The notes under the pieces are model-generated. The model saw nothing but the letters and a program-made list of their open reading frames with translations, was not told the DNA's origin and searched no databases. The translations under genes were made by a program, and so were the position numbers. Source: the human T2T-CHM13v2.0 reference genome, Homo sapiens. Taken from it: a stretch of DNA of 64,000 nt. Numbering within the stretch: the stretch's first letter is position 1; each line of letters starts with the position of its first letter. Location of the stretch: the NCBI RefSeq assembly GCF_009914755.1, contig NC_060927.1; one strand, given 5' to 3'. This document shows, piece by piece, positions 52,888 through 64,000 of the stretch.

Positions 52888-54410
52888 GTAGATATATAAG
52901 TAAAATGATTGGATAAGACATACTATGCATATTCTATTCATAAGAAATCTGGATTGGCTATATTAATATCAAAGTAACTTTCAGAACAAAACAAAATTAT
53001 GGATAAAGAGAGGCATTTCAAAGATACAGCAGAGAAAGACAAAACGATCTGAAATGCGTGTACACCCAGTAGCAGAGATTCAAAGTGTAGGAAGCAAAAA
53101 AAGACTAAACCGAAGACAGAATTGATAAACCCATAGTTATAGTTGAAGATTTCAAAACTCTTCTCTCATTTTATAGAACAAATAGGGGACAAATTTATAG
53201 GAACATAAAAGTCCTGAATAATATCATCATATAACTTAACCTAAATATAGAATAGATATTGCCTATCTCTTAATAAGTTGTTCTAGGTATTATTATTTTT
53301 GATAGATTTGTATTCTGGGCTTCATACTAGAGTTGTGAGTGGACTGCCCACCACAACTACAGTATTATCACGTTCTGAGTTTGTTCACGTACTTAATTTT
53401 ACCAGTGGGTTTTATACCTTCAAATATTTTCTTTTTACATGTTAGTGTTTATATTTCATATAAAAACAGTTAGAAGAAAAGCTAGAAATTATTTACCAAG
53501 TTCTCTTTTTCCTTTTTCACTTTCCCACCTTGTCTCTAAAGGTCTCCACTCCCTCCCCTTTACCATCTTTTTCCCTGGTTCCCATCTTCTCCCCTAGTTA
53601 CCACTCACAATGAGCTGTGCACACCTGTTATTAATTATCTTCACTAAGTTTTATGAGCTAGCACTCAGACTTTTGTACAAGCTTTTCATGCTTTGGGTTC
53701 ACTTTCTCTTTCTGGGGGGATGATTTTAGCTCAGTCTTAGACCTTTCATTTCCCTTTCTTTTCTGTGTAACTTTCCCAGACAATTCTCTCCCAAGTCTCA
53801 TTCTCTGTACAGTTTCAAGGCAAGAACTTGAGAAACAACTCTGTTGAAAGTTGCTGTTTACTTTTCTACTTAGAGATAATTTGAAGTTTGAGGCTTTGTA
53901 GCTTTATTTGTTCTTGTTGAACTATTTTGTTGGAGGGCGTTTCTTGAGATTTGAATTTATGTGGTCATGATTATTCTTGAGCACTTGGGAGATTAACAAT
54001 TGAAAATTAAAACATAAAAGATGATTTAAAAAACATATTCAACTTAGCTGAAGTGAATATTAGTAAACTAGAAGATAGCTATCAAGAAGTAGATTACCTC
54101 AGAAAGAGAGAGCAATAAAGATATAAAAGATTTGAAAGAGTGACTAAATATATGGAGAATAAAGGTAATGAGTATAGGGGAATAATGTGCAGTCTTTGAC
54201 GTAATAGGTGACATATGGTTAGGATATAGTTAAATTTATTTTTCCATAGCTGTTAGTACATAAATCCTCAATTTTTCTATTAAGCCATTTCTGTTTTATT
54301 ATTAATATGTAGAAATGTTATGTGTAGTAAAGAAATTAATCCTTTGTTGCTGAATTGTCATTTTCTTTTGAGATAGCCATTTATCTTTTAACAAAATTTC
54401 TTTCTACATT

Positions 54411-54800
54411 TGTATTAGTCCATTTTCATACTTCTATAAAAATGCCTGAGACTGAGTAATTTATAAAGAAAAGAGGTTTAATTGACTCACAGTTCTGCAT
54501 GACTGGGGAGGCCTCAGGAAACTTACAATCATGGCAGAAGGCAAAGGGGAAGCAAGGCACATCTTACATGGCAGCAGGCAAGAGAGAGAGAGACAGACAG
54601 AGAGGAGAGGGAGAAGCACCAGATATTTATCAAACAACCAGATATCATGAGAACTCACACACTATCATGAGATCAACATGGGGGAAACTGCCTCAATAAT
54701 CCAATTACCTCCCACCAGGCCCTTCCCTCAACATGTGAGATTACGATTTGGATTACAAATCGAGGTGAATTTTGGATGGGGACACAGCCAAACCATATCA
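54411..54800 (-). mobile_element. THE1D/MSTA LTR
   Basis: tgtattagtcc...gggacacagccaaaccatatca; TSD acatt/gcatt. Confidence 0.88.
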
Positions 54801-54999
54801 GCATTCTACAAAATGTGTTGTGCTATTATCTTAAAATTGATTTCTAATTTTATTGCACTGTGCTAATATATAATTTGACATATTAAGTCAAAATGCCTTA
54901 AAATAGTAAAATCTATTTTATGTATGTAAATTATATTTTATGTATGTAATTATATTATATGTATGTAAATTATATTTTAATAAAGCTGTTATTTTTTAA

Positions 55000-55850
55000 A
55001 TGGCATAAAACATGATATATTTAGAGAGAAATTTAACAAAATACATACAAGACAGGTCCAGAGACAAATGAAAGCTATTCTGGGAAAAATTAAAGATGTC
55101 CTAAATAAACAGAAAGAAATAAGACGTTAATTGCCCAAAAGACTCAAGATTACTTGGGTGTCAGTTCTCCTAATGATTTACTGTGATCCCAATCTAGATC
55201 CCAGAAGGATTCAGTTTGATTTTTAAAGAAAATATCATATTTATCCTAAAACATGTATGAAAATAAAAATGAATGTAGAATATTTTAAAAACTATTTTGG
55301 AAAACAAATTTATAGCATTTACAGTATGTGATTTTAAGATTGTATACAAAACTACTGTAATCAAGATATTTCAATAGAATAATATTCAAAAAGGATTTAT
55401 TTCAATGACGTATTTCAATAAGGATAGACAGATAGATAATAAAAGACAATCTAGAAATAAATCCGTAACTTTGGGGTCAATTTTTAAAGACAAAATTGCC
55501 AAAGTAATTCAGTTCCAAAAGTGTAGTATATTTTTAAATGGTGCTTCAACATTTGAGTATCCATATAAAAAATCCTTAACCCTGACCTTTATTTCATTCC
55601 ATATACAAAAATTATTAATAATCTCAAAATGAATCATGGATGTAAATACAAAAAAAAAACTTTAAAACTTCTGGGAGAAAACATAAGAGAAAAATCTTTG
55701 TAACTTTTTATTAGGCCAACATTTCTTAGATTAGACATGGGACAGAAAAAGCACTAGGCATAAAAGAAAAGTAGATAAATTGGACTTTATCAAAATTCAA
55801 ACTTTGTTCCTATTATAAGAAGAGATACAAAAAAAGAAAGCAACATTTAA
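55000..55850 (+). mobile_element. Old L1M ORF2 3' fragment
   Basis: aattaaagatgtcctaaataaac...gataaattggactttatcaaaatt. Confidence 0.65.
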
Positions 55851-58528
55851 AAAGGGGTTTTAATTCTTTATTAGAGAGGTATCTTAATGCCCTCATAGTT
55901 AAAGAAAATTCATTTATTCAACAAATATGTATTTAAAGGCTCTGGATATGGGACCGTGCATGTAGCCATGATGCAAGTTCTTGATGTCTCTTTCGAGAGA
56001 GAGAAAGAAAGGGAGTTATTAAAACATGAGAAGTTCTTTGATAGAAATATATGTGTGAGTGTATGGGTACATAGATTAGAGTTCGGTCTGTTTTGATGCT
56101 CTCTTGAGTGGGCTATATACACTAGTTCACATCCTAAACCTCATGGCATTTATGTTTTCTAAGCCACAAAGCTTGGCATATTGAGAGAATTAGAAAGAAA
56201 GGTGAAGACATCGGCTATTTCCTTAGCCTTGTGCAAACATTCAAAGTCATGACAACCAGAGGTAGCAGCATGACATAGCTAATTTTTTTGTGCTCCTTAC
56301 TTACAGCTTTGGAGGCCAATCCATTAGGAAAGCAGCCAATTTGAACACTTCTTAGTCCACAATTTTCTCCTGCTTCCCATAGCACAACTGTGTTGTATAT
56401 TGCTGTGTTGCAATATTAAGAATGGTCTTATTTTGCCTTATTTTGAATGTCTATATGTGCACATAACATGATTTATGTCAGTGTTAGCCTTGTGTTTTTC
56501 TATAGCAATAAAGATTGCTTTAGTTAAATCTTCTTTGGTCCATCAACAACTAATGAGAATTCATTTGGTAAACAGATTGTTTGAAGTCCCGCCACTTTTT
56601 CTAGATAAGGTGAGAAGATTAAAGGGAGTAAATGAAACCATTTTCAAAATGGTTTTCACTCTTTTATGTGATACTTTTCAATATCCACAGTGATAGTTCC
56701 AGTTCATAAACAAATTTCTGAGTTATTTGGAAAGAAAGATAGGTATTAATTAAAAAGCTTATATGAATTTGATAAGAATGATATACTCTCAAATTAAAAC
56801 CACTTTCTAAGTTTTCTAACTTGAGAAAAGCCTTAATTTGCTATTGAAAACACACTTAAATCTTAACCTTTAATTGGGTCAAACAATAAGATCCTAGGGT
56901 TTACTTATTATTTAAATTCTGAAAGTATTTCTACAAACACTTCGGAAACTTATCTACAAATGTAAAATTGAAAGCTATACCATTTTCTGCCTTAGTAAAG
57001 TTTGTCTGAATATGAGTGAAACTAAATATCTGAAAAAAGTCAAGAATTTGGTACAGCAAGAAGCTCTGATGTCAGTATTTTTACATTGTTGTTGCATATG
57101 GTGTTCTGATATGCCATTATTTTACATAGTACATATTATCCACAAAGGAAAGTGTGATTCATGTGAACAAAGGGGAAAGAAAAACCACTGAAAACTTTCT
57201 CTTATCTGTGTAAAAGTTGCACTCCTTTAATCCGTAAAATTACACTTAGAACTGATGATTTATACATTATTTATTTTCTCCATTTTTAGTAGATTAATAA
57301 TCTATAAGAAGTCAGGGAAAGGATTTTGACTTTCATTGGTCATTAGGCGTTAATATACTACACTTTTGCACTGTACAATCTTGGCCTTTTCTATGTTATC
57401 AAACTTTACTGCATTTCTACATATTTCAGGTCAGCAGTTTCAGCAGCATTTTTTAAAACGGGACAGATTAAGTCAGATCTATATCAGCATGAATCATGTT
57501 TGTGTCCCTTTCTCACTGTAATGATGATATTATGCAGTGATAAAATTAGTAACTATATTAGCATTTATTGTGGATCTCCTAGATGCCAAGTGCTATGCTT
57601 AATTCTTTGCATTCATTACTACCTTAACCCAAACAACACTCCTATTAGATATGAATTAACATATCTTTATTATAAATCAAATTATGAATCAAGAACATTC
57701 TAACAAACTTCCCTTTGATCACACAGCTGGTAATAATGTAAGTTGAAATCCTCATCTTGAAATGGTAAACACAATATATACTTATTATGGAGTATTGTTT
57801 AAACGGTAAATACCTTTATTATATGGGCTTTATGGAAAGGGGTTTATTTAGCTTTTTGTACCTTGTTCTTACTCAGAGCTCCATTTTCTTGATTTTAATC
57901 ACAAAGTAAACTTTTGATTACATTGAACTTGGACTGGCCACAAAGTGACGAATGCAAAAGTGTTTCCTGCTAGAACTTCAGCTGAAGTCTATTGATTTTA
58001 GCATTCTTTCTTTGTATTGTTTTTTATTTTACTCTTCCTCCTTGGGATTCAGTAAATAAATATGGAGAGTAGTAAGATAGAATTCAATAGAGCATCTACT
58101 CAGACAGTGAAAATCATTAAGAAACAACCTGCTCAAAATTGTAATGTTTTGAAGAGAAATCTATCTGTGATATATATCTGCTATACAGATAGATTACATA
58201 GATTGATTACATAATAGTAGGAAGACAGATGATAGATAGATAGATAGACAGACATTACATAGATTTACACACACAAACACAAGATTGGGGAGACTCCTGA
58301 GAAAGCTTCCTTTATGGTGTGGGCCAGGGAGGGAAATGGCAGCTGCTGCAGAATGGTGGCAGAAGTCCATTGGGATCCTTGTCCTCTATCTCTCTTAAGA
58401 AATAAAACCCTAACATGCAGGAGTGAAGGACACCAATAAAGCTGTCCTACGGCACTGGTGAAAATACATCACAGTTGGCAGAAGGGAATAAAAAACAGCA
58501 ACAACAATGACAACAACAAAACCTTCTA

Positions 58529-58934
<406 letters not shown>

Positions 58935-59416
58935 TCACGTATCTGTTTTATGATTGATACATAGTATTTATGGGGTACATGTGATATATTGTGGCATGCG
59001 AGAAAGGTTTGCTTTTGGATGAGATTGAAATCATAGCTCACTATTTATCGCTTACTGAAAACTAGATGCCCTTGTAATACAGATGAGTCCAAATGACTAC
59101 ACACAATTGGTTTAAACAAGCCCCAAAGATCCTGATTCATCAGGAAAGAATCTTTGGTTGGATTCATGTCAGGATTAGCAGGATTACTTAAAGGTCCTGG
59201 TTCTTTAAGAGGATAGTGTCAGAAGAATTATAGTGAAACACAGCATTAAATTTTGATTCTCTCCTGGGCAAGTGCTGCTGTAAATTGAAATGTTTCCGTT
59301 TATATCATCCACTCTCCATGCAAAAATTTTCCTGACAACACAGAAAAAGGTGGTTATCCAAATTGTTTTCTTGCCTTTCTAGAACACAGAACCATGTTAA
59401 AGAAAGAGTAAGACTT

Positions 59417-59731
59417 GGCTGTGCGCAGTAGCTCACGTAATCCCAGCACTTTGGGAGGCCAAGGCAGGAGGATTGCTTGAACCCAGGAATTCAAGACCAA
59501 CCTCAGCAACAAAGCAAGGCCTCATCACTACAGATAATTTCTTTAAAAAAATTAGCTGGGAATGATGGCACACACCTGTGGTCCCAGATACTCAGGAGGA
59601 TGAGGTGGGAGGACCCCTGGAGCCTAGGCGGTAGAGGCTACAAAGAGGTATGATTCCACCACTGCACTCCAGTACTCCAGCCTGGGCAACAGAGAAACAC
59701 CCCCTCTAATACAAAAGAAAAGAAAAGAAAA
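59417..59731 (+). mobile_element. AluJ
   Basis: ggaggattgcttgaacccaggaattcaagacc... Confidence 0.88.
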
Positions 59732-59907
59732 GGGGAGGGGAGGGGAGGGGAGAGAAACACCCCCTCTAAGAAAAGAAAAGAAAAGGGGGGGAAAGGGGAG
59801 GGGAGGGGAGGGGGGAGGGGAGGGGAGGAGAGGGGGAGGGGAGGGGGGAGGGGAGGGGAGGGGAAGGGAAGGGAAGGGAAGGGAAGGGAAGGGAGAAAAG
59901 AAAAAGA
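59715..59907. repeat. Polypurine (GAAAA)n/(GGGGA)n/(GGGAA)n tract grown from the Alu tail
   Basis: Direct reading; essentially pure purine from about 59768 to 59907. Confidence 0.92.
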
Positions 59908-60683
59908 CGAGTGAATCTTACATTAAAGACAGCAGAATAGCAGAAGAAGCTTAAGGACACATCAAGGACTCCTTCATTTCTTATCAAGTACCTTGATATT
60001 CAACAACATATCAGGTGAGGTCATATATTAACTAAGATAGAATATGAAAGATCAAGAAGTTATATAGATTACAAGGTATATTTTTAAAGCCTACTTTAGT
60101 GCCTTTTATATTACAAAGTCCTTTATTTTTCTTATCTACCAGTCAGCCTTTCTAAGACATGACTCAAAGTTTCTTTTGCAACAAGGTTTTCCATTATTCA
60201 CTACAAACCACTCCAATCAGTACTTAAGATACTCAATTTGCCCATAATTACTTGGCTTTTATTAAAGATGAAATAAAGTTAATTATTTAAAATATATCAG
60301 AACTTTTTAATGAATCAGTTTGTTTTTCTCTCCACTGGGGGGATGTGCTTCTACTATATTTTCCAGAATATCTGATAATTAACATGCTTTTCTTCAAGTC
60401 GGTGGGCAAGAGGCCTCTGTCTGGTGACGATCTGAAGATATGATAATGCTGGCAGTTTGGACAGAAGTTGCTAGAAGTGAGTATTTCTTTTTTCTCAGTG
60501 CTCACTGGAATTTGTACTGTTATTAGTAAAACTTGATACAACATGACAATCTGTTTTGCTAATAAGAACTCTCTGGGATAGAAAGTTAGATAATTGTTTT
60601 GGGTGGGAGTTTTCCAATGTCTATTTAATTTCAGGCATTGATATAAACTATAATGCTGTCTTATTGAAGAAACAGATTTACAA

Positions 60684-60818
60684 AAGGGGAAGAAATTCTT
60701 TTGCTTTCTGATATTGGGAGTCCTCATAGCATATTGTATCTATACACTCCTCTCAGATAATGTAGGAACCATGGAAAATACTGCTGCTAAATGCTGTTAT
60801 GGAAAGTCGTCATATTCG
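60684..60818 (+). pseudogene. Second AADAC-family pseudogene, exon 1 only within the window
   Basis: (AAG for ATG)GKKFFCFLILGVLIAYCIYTLLSDNV[-2]EPWKILLLNAVMES...|gtaagt, 135 nt, against recalled AADAC [38 protein letters not shown]. Confidence 0.85.
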
Positions 60819-61359
60819 GTAAGTGAAAAATTTTATTGATCAAGAAAGACAAGTTTTCTAGGATTCTAGTTGTTTTTCTTTTTACAAATTAAGTTTTATA
60901 TGTACTTGGTTTCTTATTGCCAAATGTTACTGGCTTCTTTATTGTATCCCTGAATGATCCTAAAGTATACCACTAACAAGATGAACAAGGTGATATTTGG
61001 ATTATATTTACAATAAAAATGACCTATTCTAATAGCAGTAAAGTCATAAAATATACAATAATTTTAAAACATTCTTCTACTTAGGTATGATTTTTAAATT
61101 TCATACAACACTCAGAAGTCATATGTTTGAGCTACTCTGTGACATTTAATCATTAATAGAAGATTTGGGGTATACACTACAGATGGGTAAGTTCTTATGA
61201 AAATATACTATAGCTTCACTGACTGGAAAATGCGTAGAAACTATGAGAGATGTGGTTAGTAGTTTTGGAAGAATGTTTCTCTCTCTACTATGACTATTTC
61301 ATTGAGAACCTGACCCAGTCTATCTCCTCAAACCTTCTTGCTACAAAATTAACTCTCTA

Positions 61360-61480
61360 TCTCAGTCTCTCTCTTTCTGTATGTGTATGTGTATGTAAAC
61401 ACAGTTATATATATGTGTGTGTGTGTATATGCATGTGTGTATAAATATGTGTATGTGTGTGTACATATATGTATATATAG
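61360..61480. repeat. (CT)/(TG)/(TA) compound microsatellite
   Basis: Direct reading. Confidence 0.8.
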
Positions 61481-61649
61481 CAATGTATAGAGAGAGTAAA
61501 AAGTTTAACTGTAACAAGTAGGAATTGTTTGGTGGTAGACATTAGAAACTGCTGGATCTTCACAGGAAGAGGTCTTTGATCTTAACATCCACAATTCCAA
61601 GAATGGAGAGCGCATTACTTTCTTATGTACCCACTCCTTGTTTCCGAGA

Positions 61650-63230
61650 TAATTTAAAGCAAATTTTATGTTTTAAATAGTAATACATTTAAATAGTTGA
61701 AAATCAAAGCAATATGAAAAAAAGTACACAATGACACATCCTGCTCCCATGTTCTAACTTTATTCATCCTATTCTCAACCCAGTCGTCTATAGATCATCA
61801 GTCTTATTAGCTTCTTGTGACCCATCCTGGGTATTCTGCATACAAGTAATACTAGTAATAATGAATACAGATAATAGAAAAATATATTCTTATCCTTCTT
61901 TCTTTCTTTCTTACATAAGAAACAACATCACATGTATGCTATTATGGTCTTTACATTTTCATTTAATTATACATCCTAGAGATGTTTCTACACCTTTACA
62001 TACAAATTGTCCTCATTCTTTTACATAGTGGCATAGGAATCAATATCTGTATAAACCATAGTTTATTTAATCAGATCTGTTCAGATGAAAACTTTTGTTC
62101 TTTCCAATGTTTTGTCATTACAAACAATAAAATGGTATTTGATATGGTTTGGCTATGTTCCCACCCAAATCTCATTTTGAATTGTAGTTCCCACAATTCC
62201 CACGTGTTGTGCAAGGAACCCAGTGGGAGTTAATTGAATCATGGAGGTCTTTCCTATGCTGTTCTAATGATAGTGACTAAGTCTCACAAAATCTGATGGT
62301 TTTTATAAAGGGGAGTTCCCCTGCACAAACTCTATCTTTCCTGCTGCCACGTAAGACATCCCTTGCTCTTCTGCCATGATTGTGAGGCCTCCCCAGCCAT
62401 GTGGAACTATGAGTCAGTTAAAACTCTTTCCTTTATAAATCACCCAGTCTCAGATATGTCTTTATTAGCAGCATGAGAACAGATGAATACAGTATTATAT
62501 AATAACATTTAATTTGGAGGCTAGATTTTATCAATAAATAATCTATGAAGTGGGATTGTTGGGTCAATTGTAATTTTGCTACTCTTTGCAAAATTGTCCT
62601 TTAATAATTTCAACTCCTACAAACAAGGCATGAGTATGTCTTTGTCCTGTCAGCTTCTCAATGAAGTGTCTTATGATTTTTCTGGATTTCATTTCCCTAA
62701 TATAAATGAGAAGTGGTATCTTAGTATAATTTAATTTTATACATCACTTATTAAGTTTTTTAATCTTTTATGTTTGAGACATTTGCATTTATTTTCCTTT
62801 GAACTCCAAGAAGCTTCTTTGTCCAATTTTAATCAGGTTTTTGTTTTTTTTTTAAATTTCTTTCTATATTAGGAAAATACAATTTTTTCCCAGTTTGTCT
62901 TCTGTCATTATTAAAATAATTGGCCATGATGAAGTAATTTTTTTACTACTCTTCATTTTTAAATCAAAATTTATTGGTCTTTTAAATTATGTCTTCTAAA
63001 ATTTGATTCATAGCTGAGAAGTTTATCTCCACTCTAAGACTATAGAAGAATTCCCCTTTAGTCTCTTCTGGGGCTTTCCTGGCTTCTTTTTTATGTTCAA
63101 ATCTTTGCTTCAGTTGGAATTTATGTTGATAAGTAGTGAGAAGTTTAGACTGAACTTTTACTTTTCTCCAATTTTCTATCCCAGTCCCATTTATTGGAAA
63201 GTCCCTTGTGATTTAAGATCATATAAAAGA
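61650..63230 (-). mobile_element. Old L1ME-type 3' region
   Basis: aaccatagtttatttaatc; gaagtgggattgttgggtc; gagaagtggtatct; cccatttattggaaagtc. Confidence 0.6.
62140..62491 (+). mobile_element. THE1 (B/C-like) solo LTR
   Basis: TGatatggtttggct...gcatgagaacagatgaataCA; perfect 5-bp TSD gtatt. Confidence 0.92.
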
Positions 63231-64000
63231 TTCATGCAAGTCAGGCATCTAAGAAAAAGCTGAAAGGAAATTCTTCCCCCATAATCTAGGAGACTTAATT
63301 AGATAAAGACAGGCATGGAGAGAATAGCATAGCATTTTCTTTCCAAGAAAAATGGTGGTGGTCCATTCAATATTAAGGAGCAGATTTCCCTTAAATGCAC
63401 AAGTGGCCAAAAATGAGGGTGAAAATGGCATTTCTGAGCACTGTCCTCAAAATACTAGAAAACCACAGCAGCCTACCATGAACCTGGAGCTTGGATATTT
63501 TTTTCTTTTATTTAAAGTTTCACTTGCATTAAAAAAAAAGAATTCACCCAGTCAGGTAATGTCAATGACTTTCAAACTTTTAGCTGTGTTAAAGTTTTCA
63601 AAATTGTTCAGGGAAATACTTTTGGAATTTAAATAGTAATCAAAATCTAGATTTTGGGTGGCCCTAATAAGTACTGATGATTAATTATGTTTTCAGTAGC
63701 AAGTCAAGACTCTTCTCAAGCATTTGGAAACTTATTTTGGTTTGGATTTATATTTTTATTGCCAAATTTGAGCTTCTCAGTACATATCTTTCTTTCTAGG
63801 AATACTGGAATCTGCTCACAAACTTGGAGTATCAGGTTTTGGTATATCTGACATTATGGTCACTGAATAGTTCTCACTGAATAGAGAGGCAAGAAATACG
63901 TTGTACCTCACCTAAGTAAAATAGCCTGACTCATAAAAGTACTATGTATGAAATGCACTGTTATGGGATATTGAGAATCAGAGGCCACCAAATAAACCTA

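Noticed and set aside
60287-60727. 146-aa - strand ORF as a novel gene
   Set aside because: No recognisable domain; it overlaps the antisense of an AADAC pseudo-exon and promoter and is most likely a chance ORF.
63800-63920. Candidate exon 2 for the third AADAC-type unit (tttctag acceptor)
   Set aside because: Translation shows no similarity to AADAC exon 2 (no PPTSDE or HGGG).

Overview
AT-rich, repeat-dense primate (most likely human, 3q25.1) genomic DNA from the arylacetamide deacetylase (AADAC) gene cluster; all AADAC-family units are on the + strand. (1) Coding exons 2-5 of AADACL2 (4289-21234) have canonical GT-AG sites and an intact HGGG motif and Ser/Asp/His triad; exon 1 lies upstream of the window. 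(2) A complete five-exon unprocessed AADAC pseudogene (AADACP1, 34129-48077) has all splice sites intact but three nonsense codons, a frameshift and a catalytic Ser-to-Thr change. (3) A third, more decayed AADAC-type exon 1 lies at 60684-60818. (4) An old, near full-length processed GALNT1 retrocopy lies on the - strand (about 22150-26040). It is largely invisible in the ORF track, is split by MLT1 and L1MA insertions, and lacks exactly what appears to be one 175-nt coding exon. The remainder is L1, Alu, L2, MIR, MaLR/ERV LTRs, DNA-transposon fossils and simple repeats. The most testable hypotheses are an in-frame L1-antisense-promoter/AADACL2 chimeric first exon, a 31-aa signal-anchor micropeptide from AADACP1, and the fossil exon-skipped GALNT1 isoform. 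I see no CRISPR array, RNA gene or novel multi-gene system. Gene identities and repeat subfamilies come from recalled sequences, not database searches.
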